64,000 bases of DNA from Squalus acanthias (lineage: Eukaryota): the NCBI GenBank assembly GCA_030390025.1, contig CM059435.1, forward strand, positions 49,600,001 to 49,664,000, given 5' to 3'. The first letter of the stretch is position 1; the number at the start of each line of letters is the position of its first letter. Below are positions 48,700 through 61,949 of this stretch, piece after piece. Under the pieces are notes generated by a model that made no database searches, had not been told where the DNA came from, and worked only from the letters and a program-made list of their open reading frames with translations. The position numbers were made by a program, and so were the translations under genes.

Positions 48700-49190
48700 C
48701 ATGTTGGTAGTAAAAGTAGGAGGTGCATTTACTCTGTGGGTGGGACAGTACTTTCCAAGGAGAAAGTTGAAAGGGATCTTGGTTAGTTGATGTTGCTCAC
48801 ACCATGTCCACACAGTGTGAGGTGGCAATAAACAAGGCAAGCAGGATGCTGGATTATATTGCCAAATCAGTTGAATTAAAAAGTCATGACAAAGCTATAG
48901 ATTATTCTAATCAGAGTGTATCTGGAGAATTGCACACAGCTCTGGGTGCCATGACACAAGGTTAATTTTCAGGCAGTAAAGGAGAGGAACATGACCAATC
49001 CCCAGTGTCAGAGGGATCAGACATGAGCACTAACTAGATAAACTAAGGCTTTGCAGCTGAGAAAAAATACATCTTATATGATATCTAAGATTCTTAAGGG
49101 ATAGAGAAAGTAAACCGAGAGCAATGCTTTCCGATACAACAAGGAAACAGAACAACAGGACAAAGTTTCAGGGATTGTTTAGGCAACCTT
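48700..49190 (+). mobile_element. Old degraded CR1 ORF2 3' fragment
   Basis: GAAAGGGATCTTGG, AAGGCAAGCAGGATGCTGG and CTGGAGAATTGCACACAGCTCTGG correspond to the ERDLG / KA-RML / LEYC-Q-W motifs. Confidence 0.6.
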
Positions 49191-49659
49191 TATGGTAGAG
49201 AAAGTATATATTTTTTATTCATTGGCAAGGCCAATGTTTATTGCCCATGCCACATTGTCCTTGAGAAGGAGGTGGTGAACGGTCTCGCAGGGGGGTGGGG
49301 GGCAGTGTGGGGGAGTGTGCACAGAGTAGAGGGCAGATGCATCCCGATGAGAAGAGAAGGAAAATTGGATGGGGAGTCATTCCAGGATGCACTTGCACAT
49401 CTTGCAACAGCTGGTCATTGAGCAGTTACTAGCAGGGGCCTGAGAGCCGGTTGCCTATTGACTCAGTCTGCCAGCGACTTGGTGTGGTTTGGGGTTGCTC
49501 CAACTAAAATTGTTTAATACCATGATTCATTAGCCTAGTTTCAATGCTATTGTATTGAAGAGAAGCATTTTTTTGCTTCCTATAATTACATTCGGTGAGT
49601 GTCCAACATCCTCAGTCTCTTTTGAATTGGTAAGTTGATTTCAGTGCCATAGGGTATCC

Positions 49660-49845
49660 TGTCAGCTGTGGCTCAGTCGTAGCACCCTCACCTCTGAGTC
49701 AGAAGGTTGTGGGGTCAAGTTCCAACTCTAGAGACTTGAGCACAAAATCTAGGCTGACTCTTCAGTGCAGTACTGAGGGAGCGCTGCACTGTCAGAGGTA
49801 TCAGCTTTCAGAGGAGATGTCAAACCGAGGCCCTGTCTGCCCTCA
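49660..49845 (+). mobile_element. Deu-domain SINE 5' part
   Basis: tRNA-like head GTGGCTCAGT..GAGTCAGAAGGTTGTGGG followed by CAGTGCAGTACTGAGGGAG. Confidence 0.7.
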
Positions 49846-49900
49846 TTCATCTTGGAAGAGCAACTATCAAGCATGCAAAATAGAAGTAATATGACACAGT

Positions 49901-50622
49901 GGGCCTGAATTTGCGATCGGAGGCTTCCCGTGGGCGGATGCCTCCGATCATCAAAAAATCTATGCATTTACCTAGTGGTCGCGATCCTGGGCCTCTCCTG
50001 ATAGAAATGCGTAGAGGCCCACATATCCCAGGGGCGCATGTGATTCGCAAGCGCCCCTGGATCACGTGGGTCAGCCCAACCAATAAAAGAAGAGAATCCC
50101 CATTCGTACTTATGGGAGTTCTGTACGTATGGAACTGTCATAAGTATGAATGGGGATGACTTAAAAAATACACGAATACATGAAATAATTTTTTTTTAAT
50201 TATGTATGTAAAATGAATTAAAATGGCATTTAATTAAATATTTTAAACAAAAATTTAATTTTTTGAAAAAGAAATTTATGGCTAAATATAAACTTATTGA
50301 ACAGGGTTTTTAATGTATAAGTGAGTGATAAAATATTATTTTTCTATTTTTAAAAACTCTTATGCTGGTAAAAGCAGGCCTTATACCAGACGTAAGAATT
50401 CCTTGGCCTTTCAGCAGGCGGAACTTGTGCAAATAGCGCAACTCTCCACCCGCGGAGACCCATCTCCCGGGCACGCGGATGATGCATCAAGAGAATTCTT
50501 GACAGATCGCAAGTGCCGGGTTTCAGCGCATGCACTTCACATGCCTAAACCCAGAACTTGCGCGGCTCCTACGGGCGCGTGCGCACCTCGTACACACCCG
50601 TGGGGGTCGCAAAGTACGGCCC
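49901..50622. mobile_element. Harbinger-type MITE related to the 7241/41257 family
   Basis: TIRs GGGCCTGAATTTGCGATC / GTCGCAAAGTACGGCCC; flanks AGT / AAT; shared internal blocks. Confidence 0.8.
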
Positions 50623-51530
50623 AATGTTCTTTTCCCTCCATCCGGATCTTGACAATTAATAGTTGGTGAGGCAAAGAGTTTGCCTGTCTGAAATAAGAAC
50701 CCCTGCGCCTGGAATGAATGCAGACCTAAAACATCATGGGCAATTCTGCCACTCACATTTGGTTCACGTTAAAGAGTAAAAAAAAAAACTCCGAATTTTT
50801 GGTCTGCTACTGAACCTCCAAAACCATGACATGTTTCTCCAAATCTACTGAGCTGCACATGCACAATGTGAACTTTGATTATACGAATCACGATACTGAC
50901 AGGCGTATGTTACGGCTCCACTTTAGAAAAGGAGTTGTTGCATCAACACATCGGCACTTGTGTTATCTTTATTTGGATGGTTCCTGTAAAAAGAGTTTAA
51001 CATTGTTAGACCGTAGTAATATTCAAATGACTTTTTAATAACATGTCTGCCCTTGGTATCACCTCCAAAACCACCTGGTGATATTGTTTGAATGAGTGAA
51101 ATGGATGTGTAAGAACATACTAATAGGGCTGAGGAACAATCATTTAATTCTGGAAGGATTGTTCAATATAAAACCTACTGATTAAGCTAATTGATCCGTC
51201 TAAGAAAGCAGAGTCTTTGAGCTAACCAGCTACTTCTGCTCAGAGTCACATGGCTGATATATCTGCACATAATAAGCCTCGTGTCACTGAATACTGAGAA
51301 GAATCTGAAGTTAGTCTCCCTGTGGACTTTTAGCTGGATCAAACAACCTGGGCCCATCAAAGTTCATCCACTGAGTACATTAACTCTCCCATTGAGGTAT
51401 TAATTGTCATTTGAATAACTCCAATTTGAAACACTTGTCACTCTTTGAGTCATAGGTTTTCTGTTATAAATTTACCTTTTATTAATTCCCTTAATTAAAT
51501 ATCCATTGGGAGTCAGTAGGACGAGAGGAA

Positions 51531-52109
51531 GACTGGAGAATGGGATTGGAGGGGGAGACTGGAGAATGGGATTGGAGGGGGAGACTGGAGAATGGGATTG
51601 GAGGTGGAGACTGGAGAATGGGATTGGAGGAGGAGGCTGGAGAATGGGATTGGAGGTGGAGACTGGAGAATGGGATTGGAGGGGGAGACTGGAGAATGGG
51701 ATTGGAGGGGGAGACTGGTAAATGGGATTGGAGGGGGAGACTGGAGAATGGGATTGGAGGTGGAGACTGGAGAATGGGATTGGAGGAGGAGGCTGGAGAA
51801 TGGGATTGGAGGTGGAGACTGGAGAATGGGATTGGAGGGGGAGACTGGAGAATGGGATTGGAGGGGGAGACTGGTAAATGGGATTGGAGGGGGAGACTGG
51901 AGAATGGGATTGGAGGTGGAGACTGGAGAATGGGATTGGAGGGGGAGACTGGAGAATGGGATTGGAGGGGGAGACTGGTAAATGGGATTGGAGGGGGAGA
52001 CTGGAGAATGGGATTGGAGGTGGAGACTGGAGAATGGGATTGGAGGGGGAGACTGGAGAATGGGATTGGAGGGGGGGACTGGAGAATGGGATTGGAGGGG
52101 GGGGCTGGA
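51531..52109 (+). repeat. 26-bp G-rich minisatellite, about 22 copies
   Basis: Unit GACTGGAGAATGGGATTGGAGGGGGA with recurring variants. Confidence 0.97.
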
Positions 52110-52299
52110 GGCTCAGAGGAAGAGAGGGGCAATGGGGTTGGTTGGATGGGAAATGGGGGTCAAAGAAAGAGGGAAAGTAGGGGTCAGGAAGAGGGCAATG
52201 GCATCAGAGAGAGGGAGAATGGGATCAGGAGGAGGGAAATAGGGTCAAGTCAGGGGAATTGGGGTCAGGAAGAAGGGAATGGGGTTTGGAGAGGGGGGA

Positions 52300-52495
52300 G
52301 CCCCAGAGGGTTGTGGATGCTCAGTCGATGAGTATATTCAAGACTGAGATATGCGCACTAAGGGAATCAAGGGATATGGGGATAAGGCGGGAAAGTGGAG
52401 TTGATGTTGAAGTTCAGCCATGATCTTATTGAACGGCGGAGCAGGCTCAAGGGGTTGTATGGCCAACTCCTGCTCCTAATTCTTATGTTATTATC
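52300..52495 (+). mobile_element. CR1 3' tail
   Basis: GCTCAGTCGATGAGTATATTCAAGACTGAG..CTCCTGCTCCTAATTCTTATG. Confidence 0.8.
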
Positions 52496-52565
52496 TTTCA
52501 TCACGTAACCTGGCTATACTATTTCATACTTTGAATACTTCAACAAGATTCCATCCTTTGTACAC

Positions 52566-52886
52566 TCACAGAATCACAGAATCCCCACAATGCAGATAGA
52601 GGCCATTTCGGCCCATCGAGCCTGCACCGACACATATCCCACCCTATCCCCGTAACCCCACGTATTTAATCCCCCCTAACACTAAGGGTCAATTTATCAT
52701 AGCCAAATCAACCTAACCCGCACATCTTTGGACTGTGGGAGGAAACCAGAGCACCCGGAGGAAACCCACGCAGACACGGGGAGAATGTGCAAACTCCACA
52801 CAGACAGTCACCCAAGGCTGGATTCGAACCCGGGTCCCTGGCGCTGTGAGGCAACAGTGCTAACCACTATGCCACCGTGTTGCCCA
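52566..52886 (-). mobile_element. HE1-type V-SINE
   Basis: Minus strand: tRNA head (GGTGGCATAGTGG, GGTTCGAATCC), V-domain GGGTTTCCTCCGGGTGCTCTGGTTTCCTCCCACAGTCCAAAGA and CR1-like tail. Confidence 0.85.
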
Positions 52887-53574
52887 CTGTGAAGGTTAAG
52901 TTTCTCTAACGTATCCTCATGACTTATCCCTTTTACACTCGGGATCATTCTTCTTCTTGCCTACCTCTGTATCCTTTCTAATGCAAATGTATCCTTCTTG
53001 TGGCATGTTGACTGAAACTGAATGTAGTACAGTAGTGACTATCCTGTTGCAATCTTGCAATTTGTGTGAGCTTGTGCATTAAATACAAAATGCAAATATA
53101 TGACTTTAAAACCTATCATTCGCAGCCCGTTTCCAGAGTTTGAAAATGGTAGAAGTCTCCAGCGCTAAACTTCTGGTTCAGTGCAGAAATTTTGAAGGGC
53201 AATTTGAGTCTGCTCTGCCACTGCTCACTCACCCCCTCCCCAGGCTCTGTTCTGCTGCTCCCTCCTTCCCTCCCTCTCCTTCCTGGCCCCATTCTTTAGA
53301 AATCATTCTCTGTTACAGGCAGCTTTTGCTCCTGTTATTTTCTCTAGGCTGCTTGTCCCCAGGTTCCCATCCATCCTCAGCTCTCTCTAAGTCCCAGCTC
53401 TTCCGTTCTTTTACACACTCTACAATGATCAATAAAAGATTTGCTTCGGGATAATGCATACAGTTCTAATTCAAGAAACTCAAGTAAAATAAATTAACCG
53501 TCATCAAATTGGATTGTACTTAAAAGGGAGGAGAATTGTCAGGTAAGATAACATTACTGCTTGCGTCCCAATAT

Positions 53575-54302
53575 GGGCCCAAAATTGCTAATAGCACTCG
53601 CCCTTATTTATGTGCAAATGCCACAGCAGCTTCAGTGAGGGCAGATGCGCAATTAAACATGGAAATCGTAAAGTTGCAGTCACAGATGCCGCCGTTAGCT
53701 TTGTGAAAATGGCATCTCACTGTCTGACATCCATTCAGATACATTGAGTGGCGCGAAGTTGCTGTATTTGCATGGTAGATATGTAATAAACTCGATACCG
53801 AAAGATAAGTCAAGTCATTTCAAATCTAAGTACTCTTTTAATGATGTGATAAATGTTAATTACTGCCAGTCAACCTCTCTGTCATTGAAAATAAACTATT
53901 CGAAGTGCGGAGTCTCATTCCTGCAAGTTTTAATTATTGTTTGAGATTTGTTTTTAAATTTACAATTAATTTTTTTTCCACTATTTACGGCACTGTTAGA
54001 CCAATCCCATTAATACAACACTGTTAGACCAATCCCATTAATACAACACTGTTAGACCAATCCCATTAATACAACACTGTTAGACCAATCCCATTAATAC
54101 AACACTGTTAGACCAATCCCATTAATACAACACTGTTAGACCAATCCCGTTAACACAGCACTGTTAGACCAATTAGCGAGGCCCTGCTTTTAACTGCAAA
54201 GTTTTCGGCGAGTGCATTTTGGTATCAGTCCAAAGAAGGAGCTCGGGGTATTTTAATTGTGCTGGCTGACTTCCCACCTGTCGTCGGCAGGAAATTCAGG
54301 CA
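53575..54302. mobile_element. Probable decayed Harbinger-type MITE
   Basis: Starts GGGCCCAAAATTGC and ends near GGAAATTCAGGC. Internal blocks resemble 28473-29233 in reverse. Confidence 0.5.
53991..54173 (+). repeat. 28-bp tandem repeat, about 6.5 copies
   Basis: CACTGTTAGACCAATCCCATTAATACAA x5 perfect, plus one variant and one partial copy. Confidence 0.97.
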
Positions 54303-55139
54303 GCTGGAGACCACTGCCGAGACCAAGTAAGAGGCGGAGTCACTATGTTCAAAAATGACAAACATCTTAAAGAGACAGGAGGTGGGTTAAAGTAATCACA
54401 AAAACTATGATAGTTAAGGGAGGGCACATCTAATTTTGTAGCTGCAGCCAGCCAGTTAGTGAATTAGTTTTGGTCACAGTTATTGTTGAAGATGATATAT
54501 CACAGGAGCGAACAAAGGGAGGCTCAAAAAATGTAATTTTGCTCCAAAGTCTCAGGAGTTTGCTCCAGCATAATTGGGGTACTGAATGTACCCTGAGGAG
54601 TCAATAATGCATCCTGCGTGCCTGACACGCCATTAGCACTCGCTCTGTACAGGCGTAATGTGCACTATTGGCTGACCATTTTCCTAATTTACTGATGCTT
54701 CAGGGGCATCTCTCAATACTGCAGGAGCACCCGGGCTTCTATCAGCTAGTCGTTGGCTTGCTCTTGGGATGTGCATTTTCCTGGCGTGGTGGGGGGACAC
54801 AGAGCAGGGCTGCCTGAAATTTTTGAAAAGAATAGAATGACGGCTTCCTCTTCAATGCCTGGTCCCTTTAAAAGAGAACTCAAGAGTCTAATGAGCCTAG
54901 TGTAAAATTTGTGCTCGCCACTCACATTGGGGTATGTTGGGTGCCTCGTACACATTGCTGGCCTGGGGACTGAGCACTTGATGCTTGTCAGCTCATGGGG
55001 CATTCGCCTTATCAGGGCATCCAACCTGCTCATTGTATGTCCTTAGTATAAATTCAATAGGTGAAATTTCTGTCATTCTGACCAACCACTCTATTTCCTT
55101 GTTTTAATTGCTTCATCACATTGTCTGGTTAAAAATAAC

Positions 55140-56376
55140 ATGATGCGGAGATGCCGGTGTTGGACTGGGGTGGACAAAATTGAGAGGTCGCACAACACCA
55201 GGTTATAGTCCAACAGTTTTATTTTAAATCACAAGCTTTCGGAGTTAAAACTCCTTCGTCGGGTGAAGTGAGGAGATACAGAATCGTCAAAGCATATATA
55301 GATAGAGAACAAAGCATGTGTAACTTACAATTGCAGACAACTGAATTCAATCATCCTGACTGTTTATCTGCCGAGGTGTGATAAAGTTAATTAGGTCAGC
55401 CAGGAAGGTACCACATCAAAGACATAGCAAGATACAACTGAGACAATGAGGTGGAATCGCATGGGGTCGAACGTGTCAAAAGCTGCCGTCTGTATGTAAA
55501 ACGATTAACTTTAAAATTTTTACTTTTTTACTGGGAATCACATCTGTGAACAAGCCAACGACGACTCGAGTCCGGATCACGTCATGTATCGTGACATAAA
55601 CCCAAGATCCCGATTGAGACCATCTTCATGAGTGCAGAACTTGGCTATCAGTTTCTGCTCGATGATTTTGCGTTGTCGTGTTTTCCTAAGGTCGCCTTGG
55701 AGAACGCTTACCCGCAGATCCGAGGCTGCATGTCCTTGACTGCTGAAGTGTTCCCCGACTGGGAGGTAACAATCCTGCCTGGCGATTGTTGCGCGGTGCT
55801 CGTTCATACGTTGTCTCAGTGTCTGCATGGTCTCGCCGATGTACCATGCCGCGGTGCATTCTTTCCTGCAACGTATGAGGTAGACAACGTTGGCCGAGTC
55901 ACATGAGTATGTACCATGTACCTGGTGGGTAGTGTCCTCACGTGTGATGATGGTATCTGTGTTGATGATCTGGCATGTCTTGCAGAGTTTGCCATGGCAG
56001 GGTTGTGTGGTGTCGTGGTCGCTGTTATCCTGAAAGCTGGGTAATTTGCTGCGAACGATGGTACTTCTGAGGTTAGGCGGCTGTTTGAAGGCAAGTAGTG
56101 GAGGCGTGGGGATGGCCTTAGCGAGGTGTTTGTCGTCATCGATGACATGTTGAAGGCTGCGAAGAACATGGCGTAGTTTCTCCGCTCCGGGGAAGTACTG
56201 GACGACGTAGGGTACCCTATTGGTTGTGTCCCGTGTTTGCCTTCTGAGGAGGTCTATGCGATTTTTCGCTGTGGCCCGTCGGAACTGTCGATCGATGAGT
56301 CGAGCGTCATATCCCGTTCTTACGAGGGCGTTTTTCAGCGTCCGTAGGTGTCCATCGCGTTCCTCCTCGTCTGAGC
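55140..56376 (-). mobile_element. 5'-truncated Penelope-like retroelement with open GIY-YIG endonuclease region
   Basis: ORF 55577-56455 contains PCHGKLCKTC, CDSANVVYLIRC, WYIGET, LRQRMNEHR and GLNRDLG. The 3' terminal region carries a hammerhead motif. The first ~26 aa of the ORF are flank read-through. Confidence 0.9.
55230..55265 (-). ncRNA. Minimal type I hammerhead ribozyme-like motif (one core substitution)
   Basis: CAC-CCGACGA-A-GGAG-TTTTAA-CTCC-GAAA-GCTT-GTG: helix I CAC/GTG, helix II GGAG/CTCC, core CCGACGA versus CUGANGA. Confidence 0.6.
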
Positions 56377-56466
56377 AAAATAACATGCCCACTATTACTC
56401 CCAGATTCCTTTCTAAGTCTCGCTGTGCTAATTGAATTCCATTCATTGTATGCATTGTATATAAGG

Positions 56467-56870
56467 TGTCAGCCTTGGCTCAGTGGTAGCATTCTCACCT
56501 CTGAGTCACGAAGGTCATGGGTTCAAACCCCACTCCAAGAGACTTGAGCACATGTTCAAACCTGAAACTCCAGTGCAGTACTAAAGGAATGCTGCACTGT
56601 CACAGGTGCCATCTTTTGGATGAGACAATAAACCAAGAGCCCCTGGCACTATTTCAAAGAAGATCAGGGGAGTTCTCCTCAGTGTCCTGGCCAATAGTTA
56701 TCGCTCAACCAACACCTAAAACAAATTATCTGGGCATTATCTCACTGCTGTTTGTGGGATATTGTGCTATGTGCAAATTGCTGCCTCTTTTCCTACATTA
56801 CATCAGCAACTACACTCCAAGTACTTAATTGGCCGTAAAGCACTTTGAGAAGTCCTGAGGATGTGAAGGG
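56467..56870 (+). mobile_element. Deu-domain SINE
   Basis: TGGCTCAGTGG A-box, GGTTCAAACCC B-box and Deu-like body. Confidence 0.75.
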
Positions 56871-59139
56871 TCTTGCTTTCTTATGCCTATAATGCATATG
56901 TTTTTGGCACATACAATACTTTACATTTATCAGTGTTAAATTTAATTTGTTATACATCTGGCCTATTGGATAAATGACCTAAATCCTTTTGGAAATCTTC
57001 TATTGCATCCACTGTGTCTATTACTCCCTCTATGTTTGTGTTGTCATTAAAGATGAGCAATTTACAGTTGGTTCGGTACCAGTCCCTTATCCAGTCCCAT
57101 GTTTTACTTCTCTTGAAAATACTGCACACTCATGAAATATTGGTACACTGTCCAGGCTACTGGACAAAATATAAAAATGCAAAGCCTGGGCTAATCATTC
57201 TTCATGGGAATACCCATCAAAAGACACTTGGGTATTAAATGTATAGGCAGTGAGATATCTACTCACTTGGTGCAATGATTTAAAAACTGTTAGTGTGGTG
57301 TAGACTTGGGGCAGTAAATTTAATCTTGACTGATACTAGAATGAAATTCTGAACCAAAAATGATTTTTATGGGTGATTCAATCTTACAGAATTAATGTTA
57401 TGAAATATAAATTGTACTAACTCAGTTTTTACCCTTGAATGATTTAGAATATGTAAGTTTCGCCAACTTTGATTAATAATTATTGCCTACTGGCCATATT
57501 TAACTGTTATCTATTGCAACATTGTAACATGATGTTCATTCACCAGATAAAAAAAAGCTCATGCCTGTGAGTTGTGTTGTTGGGTTGTTAGGAGAAGTGA
57601 TCAAGGTACAGCTATCCAAACATCAGGGGTGAGGAAATCATCGCCCCAAAAATCCATCTCACTCTCACCCTCCCACCTTGCCTCTCGCCCTCTCTCCCCC
57701 CACTTGCCGTCTCTCTTTCCTGGTCTCCCTCTCTTCCACTCCACCGCTCCCACCCTCCCCCTCTTATTTAATAAAATTAATTATGTAATAGTGAAATTAA
57801 CTTTGAGACTGGAGAAATCCTGCTGTGCTTGACAAAGACTCTGGGTGGAAAGCTATTTTGACGGTGTGCAATGATTGTAGCACTAATGTTACTCAGCGGT
57901 GTTTAACCCTTGTCAGGAGCAGCACATTAATTCCATGCTATACTGTTGGCGAAGGTGGCACTCAACATGGTGCCTCACATGGCACCGACTGAGGAGAATT
58001 TTATTTTGGCTGTTGCACTGCCCTCTGACCCCTGCTATAAGCCGGTGCAGTAAAGCCGAGTTATTGCCGTATGTTTACAACAACAACAACTCGCTCTTAT
58101 ATAGTACCTTTGATGTAGAAAAACTTCGCAGGGTGAGAGGCATTATCAGAAGGTCTGGGTGAGCAGAGAAGCAGCTGTTACATCTGCTGCGAGGATACCC
58201 TGCTGCTACCATGCAGCGTAGGACTGGCGCATGCAGTGTTGCCTGAAGCTTGGCTCCACCTCTTTGCAGGCTTGCTGCCCTAGGAGGCTGGTGCTAGGGA
58301 GACGCCAGGGCATTTGCTGCTGGGCTGCTCTGACACTTGGCTACAAACTCAAGCCTGCACTTTGGGATTCCTTTCCTTTCAGTTTTACCTGTCTGTTAGT
58401 ACTCTGCCACTTCAGCTTTTCCAAAGATGTGCTAATGAGTTAAGATATCTGTTCGAGCTCTCCAAGAGCCTTCAGAATTTTTGTCACCCTATTATGACAC
58501 TCCTCTTTAATTGTCCCCTTCCCTTTAAATTTCACTCATGTGCAATTTTCCACTGCTAACGCTACACCCTCCTCAACCTGTACTTGAAGTAATGTTAATA
58601 AGTTGACCACAGAAATGTGGGTGGAAAGAGCACGTGAGTCTGTCTAAACTACCAATAGCCTTTCATCAGGTGCAAAAAAATGTGAGCTCATGTCTGCTTT
58701 TGTTGGTGGCAGATTGCCGTACATTACCTGTTATAATCAAGTCCTAGGGTTTGGCTTATCCAATATGTTGTGTTGAAAGCTGAATTGAAGCCAATCCCAA
58801 ATAAAACTGAGTTCTGACTCCCTGCGGTGATTAACTTCAACTTATTGACCACAAAGGAAATCTTTCAGTCTCCACTCTGTACTGAGCCAGCAGATCTCAG
58901 CCAAGGCAACAGTTTAGGTGCTTTAATTGGATTCAGAACCACTGGATGAGGGAACGATTAACATCAGCTGGGGTTCCTGCTGCTGATCACTGCCCTGCTG
59001 AAAAGTGCATGTGTGCGAACACCAAATGTGATGCCTTCTCTGATTAAAATCTGCCACATATGAAAAATGGCCATTTATATGTCCAAGGTCACATAGGACT
59101 GCCCATGGAACCATAACCTATGGCCTGCTGCTGAATCCT

Positions 59140-59690
59140 TTGTTACCTCTAGATCTGACTATTCCAACACACTGGCCTCCCACGTTCTACCCTCAGTAAA
59201 CTTAAAGTGTGTCCTAACTAGCGCCAAGTCCTGTTCACCCACCACCCCTGTGCTTGCTGAACTACATTGGCTCCCAGTTAAGCGCGTCTCAATTATAAAA
59301 TTCACATCCTTGTTTTCAAACCTCTCCATGGCCTTACCCCCTCCCTATGTTTGTAATGTCTTCCAGCCCTACAACCCTCTGAGATATCTGCCTTCCTCCG
59401 ATTCTGGCCTCTTGAGCATCCCCGATTTTAATTGCTCCACCATTGGCGGCCGTGCCTACAGCTGCCCAGGCCCTATGCTCTGGAATTCCCTCCCGAAACC
59501 TCTTTGACTCTCTTTCCTCCTTTAAGACCCTCCTTAAAATACACCTCTTTGACCAAGCTTTTGGAAATCTGCCTTAATATCGTCTTATGTAGCTCGGTCC
59601 CAAATTTTGTTTGATAACGCTCCTGTGAAGCGCCTTGGGACATTTTCCTATGTTAAAGGTGCTATATAAATACAAGTTATTGTTGTTTTT
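59140..59690 (+). mobile_element. L2 LINE 3' end
   Basis: ORF LAELHWLPV..IGGRAYS..LWNSLP and TTGTTG tail. Confidence 0.85.
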
Positions 59691-60216
59691 GTTGATTCAG
59701 TACCTTCAGGAGAGAAGGGGAGAGAAAGGGAATTATCAGCCCAAAAAAATGGAATCCTTAATGAGAATCAATAGACCCGACTCTAGCAGATCTGCCATTT
59801 TAAACAGTCCTAATACCAATTTGTGTAATTATGAACAACTGAAAGAGGGAATCAGGCAACCAATGTAGGTCATGGAAAGCTTCACTCCCCAACAATTGTA
59901 GGTAAGATTTGCTGAATAGGAAGCTGCATGCTGTAGTTCAGCAGTCTGGCACTAGATGACGCTACAATACAAGTAATTGTACTGGTGTTTCTCTCAGCTA
60001 CTGAGGAAGACTAAACCTGAGCAGTGGGTGGCAGCACAGATCACTATGACCCCGAGCTCCTCTTCTCAGGAAAACTGCCCAAGAACAACGATCAAAGTAG
60101 AAAATTAGTGTCAATGATTCAGGTGGAACGCCTGCTGGACATTCCTAAAGATTTCAATTCCCAATATTCCCACCCACTGTCACCTGCTCTAACTCATACA
60201 AATGTACGAAAATGAT

Positions 60217-60480
60217 GGTCAGGAAAAGACGGTCCATCAAACCTGCCCCTCACGCATAATAGCTGGAGAATCATGACTAGACACTTCCGACCCCCACTCT
60301 TTCCAACCTACACCCCCCACCAGCCCTTCCCCACTCCCCGCCCCTGCGTGCAGCCATGCAATCTCCTGGGCAAAGCACAAAAACAGAGAAAAACCCAGGG
60401 CCAACAAGGGAAAAAATACACAGGAGAATTCCTCTGCGACCCCCTCAGGCAATCGATACCAGTCCAGAAAATCATGAGGA
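60217..60480 (-). mobile_element. Old CR1-type tail
   Basis: AAAAGACGGTCCATCAAACCTGCCC..GGAGAATTCCTCTGCGACCCCC, related to 14375-14600. Confidence 0.45.
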
Positions 60481-61109
60481 CCTTAAGACTGCGAAATTCC
60501 TCACTTCCCTCAGTTTACCCTTTCCATTACAAACTACAGGCTTTTGAAATCCGAGCCTCACCTCACCTCATTACTATTTCTTCGTGGACACTCTCTTTTC
60601 TGCTACTGTTTAAATTATGGTGATGTCCTACACTGTGGGTTTGGCACTTCACCCAATTTAAAGAGTAAATTGTAAAGGCAATGACAGGACTCCTGAAGGA
60701 AGGAAACTGTTTCTATTGTAAAATTACATTTGCATTATATTGCGCTACAATAAGATCACCTATTGCCAGTCTGACTGGGGAAAGGTGTGGGAAGAAATGA
60801 ATAGCAAGATACAAAAGAAAGCAACTGTTAAATACATTGACAACCACTGAAAGCTCCTTTTGCAAAGCCAGGATTTGAATCTCTCCCTCGGTGTTACTTT
60901 AGAAGTGGCACCTTGACAATATTCTGTTTTTGATCTTGATCTTGGCACAGGATTGCAAATATTGCTCTAGAACTATTTACATATTTAAAATGAAAACATT
61001 ATTTTAGAACATAAACAGAGGACTCTGATACTTAAATGTTTCTCCAACTGATTGGGAGGGAAAGTAAATCACTCAGAAATAGTTTAGTTGCCAGTGAGTT
61101 GTGCCGTCA

Positions 61110-61430
61110 GACTTGCAATCCTCTAGGAACTCTGCGTTCCTCCAACTCGGGCCTCTTGTGCAGCCTCCACTTCCTTCTCTCCACCGTTGGCGCCGTGCCT
61201 ACAGCCGTCTAGGCCTTAAGCTCTGGGATTCCCGCTTTAAACCTCTCTGCCTCTCTCTCCTCCTTTAAGCTGCTTAAAACCTACCTCTTTGACCAAGCTT
61301 TTGGTCACCTGTCTTAATAACTCCTTCTTTGGCTCAGTGTCAATTTTTGTTTGATGACACTCCTGTGAAGCACCTTGGGACATTTTACTATGTTAAAGGT
61401 GCTATATAAACGCAAATTGTTCTTGTTGCA
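61110..61430 (+). mobile_element. L2 LINE 3' end
   Basis: Same tail as 59350-59690. Confidence 0.8.
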
Positions 61431-61949
61431 TGTGAGATGAATTCCATATTCAACATCTCCAGAGCTGTGTACCGCAGTTATGGACCTTTTTTCAACAGAA
61501 GTTCAGGAGGTGCAGTGGGAACAATCACTGTCACTTTACTCCAGAACCGACGTTCGAATCAAACCTTTCGAGCATTATATCTCTGTTGGTTGTCGGGCTC
61601 CTAAATTAAATGAATTTGGGCATCTCAATCCATCTTGCAGTGGGAATGGGTCCACAGTGCAAAGTTGCTCATAATATGAGGGCTGATGCTGCAATCCGGT
61701 GCACTCGGTGAGTTGCGGTACTTGCAGGAAGTGCAGCTTGTACTTGTTGGGCTCACTAACCCATTATTTTCCAGCCATTCATTTAAATGGATGGAAAAAC
61801 CACGGATCGGGGGCAAACCATTTCCTGACAGTTGCTCCCCATGGGCATTGCCCCTCACCAGAATCAACTGATCATGGAATAAATTGGTACTTTCCGAAAG
61901 GATAAGGGAATGGGGACATTCTAATCGGTGCAGTATGCGGGTTCTTCAG

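Noticed and set aside
51491-52331. Long repetitive ORFs on both strands
   Set aside because: By-product of the stop-poor 26-bp minisatellite.
52815-52886. tRNA gene
   Set aside because: It is the tRNA-derived head of a V-SINE. The same applies to the heads at 40140, 49660 and 56467.
53991-54173. CRISPR-like array
   Set aside because: Units are directly adjacent with no unique spacers, there are no cas genes, and the context is eukaryotic.
58180-58340. Promoter suggested by GCGCATGCAG and moderate GC
   Set aside because: A single imperfect motif with few CpGs and no supporting exon structure.
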